NCBI GenBank assembly: GCA_041695325.1
Contig: JBGFRC010000050.1
Coordinates: forward strand, 6,435 to 70,434
Direction of reading: 5' to 3'
Source: Pseudomonadota bacterium
GTDB taxonomy: Bacteria > Pseudomonadota > Gammaproteobacteria > SURF-13
Length of the DNA stretch: 64,000 bases
Under the pieces are notes generated by a model that was not told the DNA's origin, did not search any database, and saw nothing but the letters and a program-made list of their open reading frames with translations. Made by a program: the position numbers and the translations under genes. Numbering within the stretch: position 1 is the first letter of the stretch; each line of letters begins with the position of its first letter. Positions 43,849 to 54,696 of the stretch are shown piece by piece.

Positions 43849-44732
43849 TCGTATCCCAGGCCGGCCAAGGCCTTAACATTGTCGCTCCAGCCCTGCTTGA
43901 CCCTGACGTGGAGCTGCAAAAACACCTTGGCGTCAAACAGTTTCTCCATCTTGAGGCGCGCCTGCCGCCCTATCGCCTTCAGGCGCGCGCCGCCCTTGCC
44001 GATGACGATGGCCTTTTGCCCCTCGCGCTCCACCCAGATCACCGCCTCGATGCGCAACAGTTTTTCCTCTCTGGAAAACGCGCCTACCTCCACCGTCGCG
44101 GCATAGGGCAGCTCCTTGCCGAGACTGCGCATCAACTGCTCCCGTATCAGTTCCGCAGCAAGAACACGCTCGCTGCGGTCGGTGACCTGCTCTTCCGGAT
44201 AGAATGGCGGACCTTCCGGCAACAGCCGCCGCACCCGCTCCTCCAGCGCGGCCAGATTGTCTCCGCTCCTGGCCGAGAGCGGAATGATCTGCGCGAAGGT
44301 CATCTTTTGCGCCAGGGCATCGAGGTGCGGCAGCAACTTTCTTTTATCAGCAATCTTGTCCACTTTATTGATGACCAGAATCACGGGCACATGCACCGCC
44401 TTGATGATTTGCAATACATGGTCATCCTGTTCCGTCCAGCGCAATCCCTCCACCACGAACAGAATCAGGTCCGCCTCGCGCAGGGCGCTTCTGGCGCTCT
44501 CGTTCATGTAACGGTTGAGCGCGCGTTTGCCGTGCTCATGCAGGCCCGGCGTGTCCACGTAGATCGCCTGGCAGCCGACTCCGGTTTTGATGCCGAGGAT
44601 GCGCTGGCGCGTGGTCTGCGGCTTGCGTGAGGTAATGCTGACTTTCTGCCCTATCAGGCGGTTCAACAGCGTGGACTTTCCCACGTTGGGCCGGCCCGCG
44701 ATGGCCACGAAACCACAGCGATGCTCAGCCAC
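43845..44732 (-). CDS. era: GTPase Era
   Basis: 295 aa. G1 AIAGRPNVGKSTLLN, DTPG, NKVD motifs, C-terminal KH domain. Confidence 0.95.
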   Translation of the reverse strand: MAEHRCGFVAIAGRPNVGKSTLLNRLIGQKVSITSRKPQTTRQRILGIKTGVGCQAIYVDTPGLHEHGKRALNRYMNESARSALREADLILFVVEGLRWTEQDDHVLQIIKAVHVPVILVINKVDKIADKRKLLPHLDALAQKMTFAQIIPLSARSGDNLAALEERVRRLLPEGPPFYPEEQVTDRSERVLAAELIREQLMRSLGKELPYAATVEVGAFSREEKLLRIEAVIWVEREGQKAIVIGKGGARLKAIGRQARLKMEKLFDAKVFLQLHVRVKQGWSDNVKALAGLGYE

Positions 44733-45462
44733 GTTCCAGCAGCTCCAGTGCCTTTTGCGCCGCGTTCTGCTCCGCCTTTCTGCGGCTGCTGCCTGTACCC
44801 TGCGTCGGTTGCAATCCGGGCACGCTGCACTCTATCCTGAAGGTTTGCGCGTGCGCCTCGCCGCTCACCTGCGCCACGCTGTAGTGCGGCGGCGGCAATT
44901 TGCGCGACTGGAGATATTCCTGCAACCGGGTCTTGGGGTCTTTCAACTCCAGCGCGTGCGGCATTGCACTCAACCGCGCCTGATAGAGCGCCTGCACCAC
45001 CTTGCGGCACGGCTCCAGGCCGCCGTCGAGATAAATCGCGCCGATCACCGCCTCCAGGGCGTCCGCCAGCGTGGATTCGCGCCGGTGTCCGCCGCTTTTT
45101 TTCTCGCCGGGGCCCAGGGTTAAACAGGCGCCGAGCCGCAAGGAACGCGCGATCTGCGCCAGCGTCTCGCGCCGCACCAGGCTGGCGCGCAACCGGCTCA
45201 AATCACCTTCGCTGGCCCGCGGGTAGCGCCGGTAAAGCTCGGCGGCGATGACGCAATTCAACACCGCGTCGCCGAGAAACTCCAGCCGCTCATAATTGGC
45301 GCCGCCAGCGCTGCGATGCGTGAGCGCATCCTCCAGCAATCGTGTCTCGGTAAATTGGTAGCCCAACTCCCGGCACAGCGCGCTCAGAACCCGTTCAGGA
45401 TCTGCTGCGCGTTTGTGATCCGGGGCCATCCGGTGCTCAGAATCCGGGGGCACCGAGTTCAA
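44725..45462 (-). CDS. rnc: Ribonuclease III
   Basis: 245 aa. RNase III signature ERLEFLGDAVL and a C-terminal dsRBD. Confidence 0.95.
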   Translation of the reverse strand: MNSVPPDSEHRMAPDHKRAADPERVLSALCRELGYQFTETRLLEDALTHRSAGGANYERLEFLGDAVLNCVIAAELYRRYPRASEGDLSRLRASLVRRETLAQIARSLRLGACLTLGPGEKKSGGHRRESTLADALEAVIGAIYLDGGLEPCRKVVQALYQARLSAMPHALELKDPKTRLQEYLQSRKLPPPHYSVAQVSGEAHAQTFRIECSVPGLQPTQGTGSSRRKAEQNAAQKALELLERG

Positions 45463-45854
45463 CGGGCGGCGAGCTCCGCGCTCTTGTCAAACTTGGCGAC
45501 GAAGTCCAGATTGCCGACCAGTTCGCCGCGCACCTCGTACACCACCCGCACTCGCATGCCGCCGGGACGCGTCTGTACTTCAATGTTGTTGCGACTCACA
45601 TGCTCCACGTCGTCCACCTCAAACCGCCGTTCCAGGGCTTCAAGCACTTCTTCCTTGCCCTTGACGATGAGATCCGGGTCGCCCTTCAGGCTTTCCAGGG
45701 CAGTCTGCACCTTGAAGCTCTCCAGATAGATCGGCAGCAGCTTCAGGCTCAGCAGGGCAAAGGCGCCCACGAAGACCAGCAGTAACAGCACACCGATGAA
45801 ACCCATGCCACGTTGTTTACGCATGTGAGTCTCCTTCAAGATAAGGCTATTCAA
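45459..45854 (-). CDS. DUF4845-like small membrane-anchored protein
   Basis: 131 aa, one N-terminal TM helix. Conserved hypothetical at the same position between lepB and rnc in Pseudomonas-like genomes. Confidence 0.5.
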   Translation of the reverse strand: MNSLILKETHMRKQRGMGFIGVLLLLVFVGAFALLSLKLLPIYLESFKVQTALESLKGDPDLIVKGKEEVLEALERRFEVDDVEHVSRNNIEVQTRPGGMRVRVVYEVRGELVGNLDFVAKFDKSAELAAR

Positions 45855-46671
45855 TCCTGGTGCCGATGCGCCGCCAGGCGATGACGCCGTCCGCGGACCA
45901 GTCCCAGTTCATCCAGATCATGACCGCCCTGCCCACCAGGTTCCGGTCCGCGACCGTGCCCCAGTAACGGCTGTCATTGCTGTTGTCGCGGTTGTCGCCC
46001 ATCACGAAATACCGGCCCTCCGGGACGATGAACTCACCCTCGCCCGAAACCTGGCCGGGACGAACCAGGATGGCATGTGCCGTTCCGTACAGGCCCTCGT
46101 TGAAAATCTGCGCACCCGTCATGACCGCCCCCGCGCCGTACCCCAGGTACGTCCCTGCCGGCTGTTGCGGCACGGGCTTGCCGTTTATGGTCAGCGTCTT
46201 ATGGTAATAGGCAATCCGATCGCCGGGCAAGCCTACTACGCGCTTGATGTAATCCACCTTGGGATCGGGCGGGAAGCGGAACACCACTACGTCGCCGCGC
46301 TGCGGCGCGCCGAGATCAATGAATTTCCGGTCCAGCACGGGGAGGCGCAGGCCGTAAGCGAATTTATTCACCAGGATAAAATCGCCGGTGAGCAGGGTCG
46401 GCATCATGGAGTTGGACGGGATGCGGAACGGCTCCGCCAGAAACGAGCGCAGCAGCAGCACGATGAGAAACACCGGAAACAGCGAGCGCGCGTATTCCAC
46501 CAGCAGCGGCTCGCGCCCCTTGGGTTCGTGCGCCGGCCGTTCGCGCAACGGCGGGGAGACCTGGGCTAGACGCGCGCGCCGCCTGGGCCCCCACAGCCAC
46601 GCGTCCAGCGCCCAGATCACGCCGCATGCCACGGTCGCCAAAACCAGAAACAACTCGAAATCGAAATTCAT
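45847..46671 (-). CDS. lepB: Signal peptidase I
   Basis: 274 aa. SNSMMPTL (catalytic Ser), [14 protein letters not shown] box. Confidence 0.93.
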   Translation of the reverse strand: MNFDFELFLVLATVACGVIWALDAWLWGPRRRARLAQVSPPLRERPAHEPKGREPLLVEYARSLFPVFLIVLLLRSFLAEPFRIPSNSMMPTLLTGDFILVNKFAYGLRLPVLDRKFIDLGAPQRGDVVVFRFPPDPKVDYIKRVVGLPGDRIAYYHKTLTINGKPVPQQPAGTYLGYGAGAVMTGAQIFNEGLYGTAHAILVRPGQVSGEGEFIVPEGRYFVMGDNRDNSNDSRYWGTVADRNLVGRAVMIWMNWDWSADGVIAWRRIGTRIE

Positions 46672-48497
46672 TTTCCCTTACCCACCTGCAGCACCGCTAA
46701 AAACGCTTCTTGTGGAATCTCCACCTTGCCCAGTTGTTTCATGCGCTTCTTGCCCTCTTTTTGCCGCTCCAGCAGCTTGCGTTTGCGGGTGATGTCTCCG
46801 CCGTAGCATTTGGCGGTGACGTTTTTCCTCAGCGCCTTCACCGTCTCGCGCGCAATCACGTGCGACCCGATGGCGGCCTGAATCGCCACCTCGAACATCT
46901 GCCTCGGAATGATCTGCTTCATCTTTTCCGCCAGCTCGCGCCCGCGGTAAAAGCTCTGCTCCCGGTGCACAATGACCGACAATGCGTCCACGCGCTCGCC
47001 GTTGATGAGTATGTCCAGTTTGACCAGGTCCGCGGGCTGAAAGCGCTCAAAGCTGTAATTAAACGAGGCGTAACCGCGGCTGACCGACTTCAGCCGGTCA
47101 AAAAAGTCCAGCACCACCTCGTTCAGCGGCAGCTCATACGTGAGCGCCACCTGGCTGCCGAGATACTGCATGTTCTTCTGCACGCCGCGTTTTTCCACGC
47201 ACAGCTTAATCACGTCGCCCAGATACTGCGGCGGCAACAGCATGTCGGCGCGAATGACGGGCTCGCGCATTTCCGCGATGCGGCTCGCCTCCGGCAGCCT
47301 GGCGGGGTTGTCCACGCGCAGCACCTCGCCCTGCGTGGTCAACACCTCGTAGATCACGGTAGGCGCGGTGGTGATGAGATTGAGCCGGTATTCGCGCTCC
47401 AGGCGCTCCTGCACGATCTCCATGTGCAACAGGCCGAGGAAGCCGCAGCGGAAACCGAAGCCCAGGGCCTGCGAGGTCTCCGGTTCGTAGTGCAGCGCCG
47501 CGTCGTTCAGGCGCAGCTTGGCCAGCGCCTCGCGGAAATCCTCGTAGTCCTCGGAGTCCACCGGAAACAGTCCGGCGAACACGCGCGGCTGGATCGGCTT
47601 GAAGCCGGGCAGCGCCTGCGGCGCGGGGCGGTCTTCATGGGTGAGGGTGTCGCCCACCGGCGCGCCGTTGATCTCCTTGATGCCGGCGATGACAAACCCC
47701 ACCTCTCCCGCCTTGAGCGCGCCGCTCTCCACGCGCTTGGGGGTAAAGATACCGATCTTGTCGGCCTGATGCGTCCTGCCCGTGGACATCACCCTGATCT
47801 TGTCCCCGGCGCTGATCGTGCCTTGCATCACGCGCACCAGGGTGACGACGCCAAGGAAGTTGTCGAACCAGGAATCTATGATGAGCGCCTGCAACGGCGC
47901 CCGTTCGTCGCCCTTGGGCGGCGGAATGCGCAGAATCAGCTCCTCCAGCAGATCCGTGACGCCGAGGCCGGTGCGCGCGCTGACGCGCAATGCATTGTGC
48001 GCCTCGATGCCGATCACCTCCTCGATCTCCCTGATGACGCGTTCCGGATCGGCGGTGGGGAGATCAATCTTGTTCAGCACCGGCAGCACTTCCAGCCCCT
48101 GCTCCAGCGCGGTGTAGCAGTTGGCGACGCTCTGCGCGCCCACGCCCTGCGCGGCGTCCACCACCAGCAGCGCGCCCTCGCACGCGGCGAGCGAGCGCGA
48201 CACCTCGTAGGAAAAATCCACGTGGCCTGGGGTGTCAATGAAATTCAACAGATAGGTATTGCCGTCGCGCGCGGGGTAATTGAGCGACACCGCCTGGGCC
48301 TTGATGGTGATGCCGCGCTCACGCTCCAGTTCCATGGAGTCCAGCACCTGCTCCGCCATTTCGCGTTTGCTCAAGCCGCCGCAGATTTCAATGATGCGGT
48401 CGGCCAGCGTGGACTTGCCGTGATCTATGTGCGCGATGATGGAGAAATTGCGGATGTGTTTGAGGGGAACCACGAATGCCTTACCTGGAAATTGCAT
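46668..48497 (-). CDS. lepA: Elongation factor 4 (LepA)
   Basis: 609 aa. [18 protein letters not shown]1 motif. The true start may be the GTG ~8 codons downstream (at 48471-48473). Confidence 0.95.
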   Translation of the reverse strand: MQFPGKAFVVPLKHIRNFSIIAHIDHGKSTLADRIIEICGGLSKREMAEQVLDSMELERERGITIKAQAVSLNYPARDGNTYLLNFIDTPGHVDFSYEVSRSLAACEGALLVVDAAQGVGAQSVANCYTALEQGLEVLPVLNKIDLPTADPERVIREIEEVIGIEAHNALRVSARTGLGVTDLLEELILRIPPPKGDERAPLQALIIDSWFDNFLGVVTLVRVMQGTISAGDKIRVMSTGRTHQADKIGIFTPKRVESGALKAGEVGFVIAGIKEINGAPVGDTLTHEDRPAPQALPGFKPIQPRVFAGLFPVDSEDYEDFREALAKLRLNDAALHYEPETSQALGFGFRCGFLGLLHMEIVQERLEREYRLNLITTAPTVIYEVLTTQGEVLRVDNPARLPEASRIAEMREPVIRADMLLPPQYLGDVIKLCVEKRGVQKNMQYLGSQVALTYELPLNEVVLDFFDRLKSVSRGYASFNYSFERFQPADLVKLDILINGERVDALSVIVHREQSFYRGRELAEKMKQIIPRQMFEVAIQAAIGSHVIARETVKALRKNVTAKCYGGDITRKRKLLERQKEGKKRMKQLGKVEIPQEAFLAVLQVGKGK

Positions 48498-48504
48498 CCA
48501 TTAT

Positions 48505-48533
48505 AAAGCAGAAAGCCGGCGCCAGGCCGGCTT
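48505..48533 (-). terminator. Putative intrinsic terminator downstream of the cytochrome c gene (7-bp GC stem AGCCGGC/GCCGGCU, 5-nt loop, UUCUGCUUU tail)
   Basis: Read on the minus strand: AAGCCGGCCUGGCGCCGGCUUUCUGCUUU. A second hairpin lies at 48554-48578 (gcgggtttt-tag-aaaacccgc). Confidence 0.45.
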
Positions 48534-48598
48534 ATAAAAGAAGATGCTCGACCCGGCGGGTTTTTAGAAAACCCGCGGACGGCCTTTCAGGATTTTCT

Positions 48599-49117
48599 TC
48601 AGCCGAGCGCCAGGATGAAATCCACCAGCTTTTCGATGTCGGCATCGGCCACGCGCGGAGAATACGGAGGCATCACGCCCATCTGCCAGTCTCCGCGGCC
48701 GCCCTTCTTGGTCCACTCCACCAGTATCTTCTTGGCGTCCGGGTTGCCCTTGTACTTGGCGGCGACGTCATTCCAGGACGGACCGACGCGTTTGGTTTCC
48801 ACGTGGTGGCAGGCGAGGCAGCCGCTGCTCCTGGCGAGCGCCAGGCCGGCCTCCATGTCCAGCGCGCCAGACTGCCCCGGGGTAGGGGCAGTGGCTGGAG
48901 CCTCGGGGCTCGGCGCGGAAGGCACTTCCGCGGGAACCGGTGCAGCAGGCTCGGCGGCGGGTGCTTCAGCAGCCGGGGCTTCAGCGGCGGGCGCGGCCGG
49001 GGCTTCAGCCGCGGGCGCGGCCTGTTCCGCGGGCGCAGTGGGAGCGGGTTCTTCTTTTCTGTCGCAGGCCGTGAGCAACGCGGCAAGTACTGCGGCAATC
49101 ACAAACGAATGCTTCAT
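48599..49117 (-). CDS. Membrane-tethered monoheme cytochrome c (class I, c551/c552-like) lipoprotein with an Ala/Pro/Glu-rich linker
   Basis: Start MKHSFVIAAVLAALLTAC (lipobox) inside ORF 48599..49186. Low-complexity linker APAAEAPAAPAAEAPAAEAPAAEP. Heme site CLACHH, then GP...KY...MPP motifs. Confidence 0.75.
   Translation of the reverse strand: MKHSFVIAAVLAALLTACDRKEEPAPTAPAEQAAPAAEAPAAPAAEAPAAEAPAAEPAAPVPAEVPSAPSPEAPATAPTPGQSGALDMEAGLALARSSGCLACHHVETKRVGPSWNDVAAKYKGNPDAKKILVEWTKKGGRGDWQMGVMPPYSPRVADADIEKLVDFILALG
48945..49022. repeat. Tandem 24-nt repeat (ggggcttcagcggcgggcgcggcc x ~3) encoding the AEAPAAPA linker of the cytochrome c
   Basis: Two perfect or near-perfect 24-nt units at 48975-48998 and 48999-49022, plus a degenerate unit upstream. 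Confidence 0.7.
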
Positions 49118-49230
49118 TTTATTTCCTCGAACGGTTGTTGAAATGAGTGATGGGTTTAACCCTGTGCCTCGTATGGCGAGACACATTTAAAGTTTAGCAG
49201 ATTCCCGCCTTGTCCGCTAGGCGCGTTCCC

Positions 49231-52200
49231 TCAACCGGCGGGCGCCGCCTGCGCCTCCGGCATCTTGTCATTGGACTTGATCGGCTCGATGACCGGGTCC
49301 TGCCACGACCCTTTCACCGTGTATTGCACGCGCGCGATGCCGCCTATGCCCGGCTTAAACAGCCTCTCAAGCAGATAGAGGCCGGTGCCGATGCCGATCC
49401 CGACCGGGCCACCCAGCGCCCCGGCCAGCGGCAGGGTAGCGCCGATGTTGGGCGCCACCGTCGCCACTTGATCGTAATCCCTGGCGGCAAGTCCAATGCG
49501 CCCGGACACGCTGATCTGGGCCGCCGGTCCCTCCATGACCAGATTATTGGTATAGGCGTCGCCTTTGTCCAGCGTGAAGGCGCCCTCGATGCGATCAAAG
49601 CTGAACCCCTCGCCGAACAAATCGCGGAAATCGAGCAGCAGGCGGCGCGGCAAGGCCTGCAAGCTGAGCAGGCCGAACACGCGCGCCGCGCCCGGTTCGA
49701 TTTCCAGCAAGCGTCCCTGCTTGGCGTTGAGCGCCAGCGTGCCGCTTAAGCGCGCCGGGGCAAAATCGCCGGGCCCCCCAGGCCAGTGCACGGACGCCTC
49801 CATGCGCGCCTTGCCGCCCGCGACGGTTTCAGCGTAACCAAGCTGGGCCAGCGCCTTGCCGAAATCGGCGCTGTCCACGCTGGCGTCCAGGCGCGACTGC
49901 TGCGCGTCATCCGACGCCGTCCATTCCCCCATGCCTTGTATTTGCATGTGGGGCGAAACCAGCTGCACTTTTTCAAAGCGCAGGCCGCTTGGCTGTTTAA
50001 CGGCTTCCAGCATGAGGGCGCCGAAATCCGCATCGCCGTATTTCACGCTTTGACTGGTGATGTGCAGCGCGGGCCAGTTGCGCGGATCAAACTTCGCCTT
50101 GCGCTCGCCGGCTGGTTGGGTGAAATGCAAGCGTTGCAGGGTCATGGTCAGGCGAGGCGCTGCGCCCCCCGCCCACTGCGCCCGGCCCGCGATCTCGGCG
50201 CTGTCGAACTCGGCGTCCCACACCTCTGCCCTGCGCTGGGCGCGCAGGCTGAGGTTGGTAAAGCGCCGTTCCGCCAGCTCCAGCACCCCGAGCCGCACGT
50301 CCAGGCTGTTCAGCAGCCGCCAAGTACCGTCCGTGCGCGCGCCGCCTTGCGTCCGGGCAAAATACTCCCGCCAGCCGTCGAGGTCGAGCGCAAGATGCGG
50401 AGCCTCGCCGCTGACGCGCAGGCCTTGCGCGGGCAGCACCGCATCGGCGCCTCCCAAACGCAGCTCACCCCGCTTGATGACCCAACCCGGCCTGTCCCGC
50501 TGTTTCTCCTCGCTTATCTCAAAAATTCCATTCCAGCGCTCTCCATAGCGCAGCGTGAAACGGCGCTCGCGCGCCTTGCCCAGTTCCATGGCGAAACGCG
50601 CCTCGAGCGGCTCCTCCGCCGGCTTGGCCAGCGGCTGCGGCAGGCGCACCGTCACGCCGCGCAGCGAGGAACTGAGCATCAGCGTGGCCTGCACCTGTTT
50701 CGCCTCGTCCTCCACAAGACGCAATCCGGCGCTCCAATCGGTCTCGCCTTCCAGGTCCTTGAACCAGTCCGCCTTGACATTCGGCGCCAGCGCGTTCAGT
50801 TGCTGGACGAGCTGCGCCGGCGTGGCGCGGCTGTGCAGCTCGATCAAGGTGCTGCGCCCTGCGCCGGGGGCTTCTTCCGAGTGGATGTCCATCTGGCCGG
50901 GCCTGCCGCCCAGACTCACGGCGATGTTGCGTCCGCTGAGCGTCATGGCCTGAGTGAAGCTGATCGTGCCGTTGATGGCGTCAATCTCGATGGGGGGGGC
51001 TGACTCCTGCGCGATACGCAGAGCGCTGTCGCGCAGCTCCAGCGCGCCCTGTACGCGGTTTGGTTCAGGCGAGATCGGAATCAGCATCTCCAGATTCAAC
51101 AGGCTCTGCCCCGTTGCGCTCACGCCCCTGAGATAAGCGCCGAAGCGTTCATTGAGCGGGCTCTCCTTGAGCAAGCGCAACACGTCCGACGTCGGGCCGC
51201 GCGCCTTGCCCCGCACCGTAAGCTGCGGTTCGCGCACGAAGACGTCCGGGATCAGCGCGCGCGCCTCCACCACCTGCGCGTTGAAAATCTTCGCGCTCGC
51301 CACATCAATCTGCAAACCGCGGTTGCGTAACACGACTTCGGCCTCCATCTCCCCCAGCCACGGCCAGCCAGGCTCGTAGGCGAACACCATGGCGCTCACG
51401 CGTGCGCGCGCCTCGAAGCTGCCGTTGCCGGCGTCGAACGGGAATTCATCCAGACGCCCGTGCAACAGCAGCGCGGCGTTGCTGATCTCGCCGCTCACCA
51501 GGGCCTGATCCAGCCAACGCAGCGCCTTGGGGCTGAGGCGCTGCACCGGCAGGTATTTGCTCACCGCCGCGACATTGACGTGTTGCAGCCGCGCCTGCGC
51601 GTTGACAAACGGCATACGCTCGCCGCGCGTCCATTCCAGGGAGGCGCCGAGACGCAGATCAAAATCCGGATTTTTTAACGCCAGATCGCCGCTGTTAAGC
51701 GACCAACCTTCCGTGTCCCGTCGCCAGTCCACGCGGCCGCGCGCGCTGTCGAGGGCAAGCGGCGCGCGCAACTCCGGGCCAAAATCAAAACGCAGCGGCG
51801 CACCCTGCAACGTCAGCGTGCCCGCAGCGTGATCGCCGTGCAGCACCCCGCCCACTATCTGCATACCGGGCATGGATCGCCAAGGCGAGGTGCGCAGGTT
51901 GCGCAACTGGGCGCGGATATACCAGCGCGCATCCGGCGCGAAGGGATCGGCGAGGGTCACGCGCACGCGCGCGTCATGCAGCTCGCCGCGCGGCTGCGCG
52001 CCGCGCAGGCTCTCCTTGAGCCTGGCGGCCAGCGCGCGGTTGACCAACAAGGCCTGGCTCGCGTCTTCCAGGCGCAGCAGGCTGAACTGGCCGTCCACGG
52101 TGTCGCCCGCACGCAGCACACGGAACGAAGACGGGGCGCTGACGGCGCCGTCGCGCGCCACGACAAAACGCTGTAGCGTCAGGTCCCAGCCCTGCGCGGT

Positions 52201-53151
52201 GCGCTGCCAGTGCAGCTCCCCGCTGACGCGGCTGAGGTCAAGACCGGCGTCACGCGTTTGACCCGCGAGATGCAGATCGTGCGCCTCCAACTCCCCCTGT
52301 AGCGCGATCAGCCGTTCGTCCTGCCACTCGCCCCACAGCTCCAACTCCACGCGCCCGCTCTTCAGCTCAAACCCGGCCGGCTGCTTAAGCCACTGTGCGA
52401 TCTCGACGCCGTCGCCCGCCGCATAGAATTGACCATTGAGGCCGGCAGGCTGGGTCAGGTCTCCGGTCGCATCCGCCAGCACACGCAGCCTTTGTTTCAG
52501 CCCCGCGCGCGGCTCCAGGCTCACGTCTAGCTGATGGCGCCGGCCGTCGCTGCGCAAACGCAGATTGACGCCGGTAAGGTGCTGCACGCTTCCGCTGGCT
52601 TCGTCTTTCCAGGCGACCTCACTGTCCTCCAGAGCCAGATAGCCCTGTTGCGCCAGCCATTGCTTGAAAAACACGCCGTCGTCGTCCTCCATGCCCTCGA
52701 TGACTATCGCGCCGTCTTTGCGTCGCAGCAACGTCAAGTCCGCGCCGGACAGGGTGAGATGGTGTAGCTCCGGGCGCCGCTTGCGCAGAGAGGCCGGAAC
52801 ATTCACGTTCATGCGCGCGCTTTCCAGGCTGAGCACCGTGCGCGTGGCGTTTTTGTCCAGCACCTGTACTTCCTGCAAATGCACTTCAGGCCCCCGCCAT
52901 GACCAGTCGGCGTACAGCTTGCCGATCTTCACCGGCTGCCCGGCCGCCAGGCTTGCGCGCTGCTCCAGCTCCGCGCGCAATTCGCCCGCCATGGGCATCA
53001 GCACGCTGGCGGCGGCGAATAACGCCGCCCCCAGCACGATCGCCACGGCGAGCGTCAACCACAACGTGCCCGCAAGGTGGCGCCATGCCGACGGCGCATG
53101 GCGCGCGGCGCGCTCCTGCCACTTGCGCAGTTTGTGGGTTATTTCCTGCAT
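49231..53151 (-). CDS. yhdP: YhdP-like AsmA-family inner-membrane protein (TIGR02099-type, phospholipid transport to the outer membrane)
   Basis: 1306 aa. N-terminal TM anchor, very long predicted beta-rich periplasmic span. Immediately downstream of rng, matching the conserved rng-yhdP arrangement in E. coli. Confidence 0.75.
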   Translation of the reverse strand: MQEITHKLRKWQERAARHAPSAWRHLAGTLWLTLAVAIVLGAALFAAASVLMPMAGELRAELEQRASLAAGQPVKIGKLYADWSWRGPEVHLQEVQVLDKNATRTVLSLESARMNVNVPASLRKRRPELHHLTLSGADLTLLRRKDGAIVIEGMEDDDGVFFKQWLAQQGYLALEDSEVAWKDEASGSVQHLTGVNLRLRSDGRRHQLDVSLEPRAGLKQRLRVLADATGDLTQPAGLNGQFYAAGDGVEIAQWLKQPAGFELKSGRVELELWGEWQDERLIALQGELEAHDLHLAGQTRDAGLDLSRVSGELHWQRTAQGWDLTLQRFVVARDGAVSAPSSFRVLRAGDTVDGQFSLLRLEDASQALLVNRALAARLKESLRGAQPRGELHDARVRVTLADPFAPDARWYIRAQLRNLRTSPWRSMPGMQIVGGVLHGDHAAGTLTLQGAPLRFDFGPELRAPLALDSARGRVDWRRDTEGWSLNSGDLALKNPDFDLRLGASLEWTRGERMPFVNAQARLQHVNVAAVSKYLPVQRLSPKALRWLDQALVSGEISNAALLLHGRLDEFPFDAGNGSFEARARVSAMVFAYEPGWPWLGEMEAEVVLRNRGLQIDVASAKIFNAQVVEARALIPDVFVREPQLTVRGKARGPTSDVLRLLKESPLNERFGAYLRGVSATGQSLLNLEMLIPISPEPNRVQGALELRDSALRIAQESAPPIEIDAINGTISFTQAMTLSGRNIAVSLGGRPGQMDIHSEEAPGAGRSTLIELHSRATPAQLVQQLNALAPNVKADWFKDLEGETDWSAGLRLVEDEAKQVQATLMLSSSLRGVTVRLPQPLAKPAEEPLEARFAMELGKARERRFTLRYGERWNGIFEISEEKQRDRPGWVIKRGELRLGGADAVLPAQGLRVSGEAPHLALDLDGWREYFARTQGGARTDGTWRLLNSLDVRLGVLELAERRFTNLSLRAQRRAEVWDAEFDSAEIAGRAQWAGGAAPRLTMTLQRLHFTQPAGERKAKFDPRNWPALHITSQSVKYGDADFGALMLEAVKQPSGLRFEKVQLVSPHMQIQGMGEWTASDDAQQSRLDASVDSADFGKALAQLGYAETVAGGKARMEASVHWPGGPGDFAPARLSGTLALNAKQGRLLEIEPGAARVFGLLSLQALPRRLLLDFRDLFGEGFSFDRIEGAFTLDKGDAYTNNLVMEGPAAQISVSGRIGLAARDYDQVATVAPNIGATLPLAGALGGPVGIGIGTGLYLLERLFKPGIGGIARVQYTVKGSWQDPVIEPIKSNDKMPEAQAAPAG

Positions 53152-53160
53152 CTCGACGGT

Positions 53161-54696
53161 TTAAGTCAGCACGACGTCATATTGTTCCTGGGTATATTGC
53201 GACTCGACCTGGAATTTGATCGGTTTAGCGATGAACTCCTCCAGCTCCGCCAGGCTGGCGGACTCCTCATCGAGCAGCAAATCCACCACCTCCTGCGAGG
53301 CAAGCACCAGGAAACGCTGCGCCTCGAACTGGCGCGCGGCGCGCAGGATTTCGCGGAAGATTTCGTAACACACGGTCTCCACGCTCTTCAGCTCGCCGCG
53401 CCCCTTGCACACCGGGCATGGTTCGCACAGCACGTGCCCCAGGCTCTCGCGCGTGCGCTTGCGCGTCATTTCCACCAGCCCCAGCGCCGACACTCCGCTG
53501 ATATGGGTACGCACGCGGTCCCGCTCCAGGGCCTTTTCCAGCGCGCGCAGCACCTGCTGACGGTGTTCCGCGTTCTGCATGTCTATGAAATCCAGGATGA
53601 TGATGCCGCCCAGGTTGCGCAGGCGCAGTTGGCGCGCGATGGCCTGCGCCGCCTCAAGGTTGGTCTTGAAGATGGTCTCGTCGAGGTTGCGGTGCCCGAC
53701 GAAGGCGCCGGTGTTCACGTCTATCGTGGTCATGGCCTCGGTCTGGTCTATCACCAGATAACCGCCGGACTTGAGCTGCACGCGCCGCTCCAGGGCCTTT
53801 TGTATCTCGTCCTCCACGCCGTACAGATCAAAGATCGGACGCTCGCCGGGATAATGCTCGATGCGCCCCATCAGCTCCGGCGTGAATTTGCGCGCGAATT
53901 CCAGCACGCGTTGATAGGTCTCGCGTGAATCCACGCGCACCTGCTCGATTTCCATGCCCACCAGATCGCGCATCGTGCGCAGCACCAGCGACAGGTCTTC
54001 ATACAGGAGGCGCGGCGCGGATTCCGCTGCGGCGCGCTCGGCGATGGAGAGCCACAGCTTTTGCAGAAACTCGCGGTCGGCGCGCAGCTCTTCCGCGCTC
54101 ACCCCCTCGGCCAGGGTGCGCACGATATAGCCGCCCTCCAGCGCCGCCGGGCCAAGCAAAATCAGCGCGTCTTTGAGGCGCTGACGCTCTTCGGCGCTTT
54201 CGATCTTTTGCGACACGCCGATATGCGGCGTGCCGGTCGCTCCCGGCATCCTGCCTCCCGCGACATTAGTACGTCCTTGGACGTCAGGCGTGAACACCAG
54301 ATAACGCGACGGCACCGCGATCTGCGTGGTCAGCCGCGCGCCCTTGCTACCGAGCTGATCCTTGATCACCTGCACCACGATGTCCTGTCCTTCGCGCAGC
54401 AGCTCGGTGATGGACTCCGGCGTCTTTTTCTCCTGCGCGGCATCCGGCATGACCACATCCCTGTTCGGCGCGGGAATCGCGTCGGAGGCATGCAAAAACG
54501 CGGTGCGCTCTAGACCGATATCCACGAACGCCGCCTGCATGCCGGGCAGCACCCGTCTCACGCGGCCCTTATAGATGTTTCCCACCAGCCCGCGCTTGCG
54601 CGTGCGCTCGATGAAAATATCCTGCAGCACGCCGTTTTCCACCAGCGCCACGCGCGTTTCGCGCGGGGTTACGTTCATGAGTATTTCGCGGCTCAT
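53161..54696 (-). CDS. rng: Ribonuclease G
   Basis: 511 aa. N-terminal S1 domain (NIYKGRVRRVLPGMQAAFVDIGLERTAFLHASD) is almost identical to E. coli Rng. The length fits RNase G rather than RNase E. Confidence 0.9.
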   Translation of the reverse strand: MSREILMNVTPRETRVALVENGVLQDIFIERTRKRGLVGNIYKGRVRRVLPGMQAAFVDIGLERTAFLHASDAIPAPNRDVVMPDAAQEKKTPESITELLREGQDIVVQVIKDQLGSKGARLTTQIAVPSRYLVFTPDVQGRTNVAGGRMPGATGTPHIGVSQKIESAEERQRLKDALILLGPAALEGGYIVRTLAEGVSAEELRADREFLQKLWLSIAERAAAESAPRLLYEDLSLVLRTMRDLVGMEIEQVRVDSRETYQRVLEFARKFTPELMGRIEHYPGERPIFDLYGVEDEIQKALERRVQLKSGGYLVIDQTEAMTTIDVNTGAFVGHRNLDETIFKTNLEAAQAIARQLRLRNLGGIIILDFIDMQNAEHRQQVLRALEKALERDRVRTHISGVSALGLVEMTRKRTRESLGHVLCEPCPVCKGRGELKSVETVCYEIFREILRAARQFEAQRFLVLASQEVVDLLLDEESASLAELEEFIAKPIKFQVESQYTQEQYDVVLT

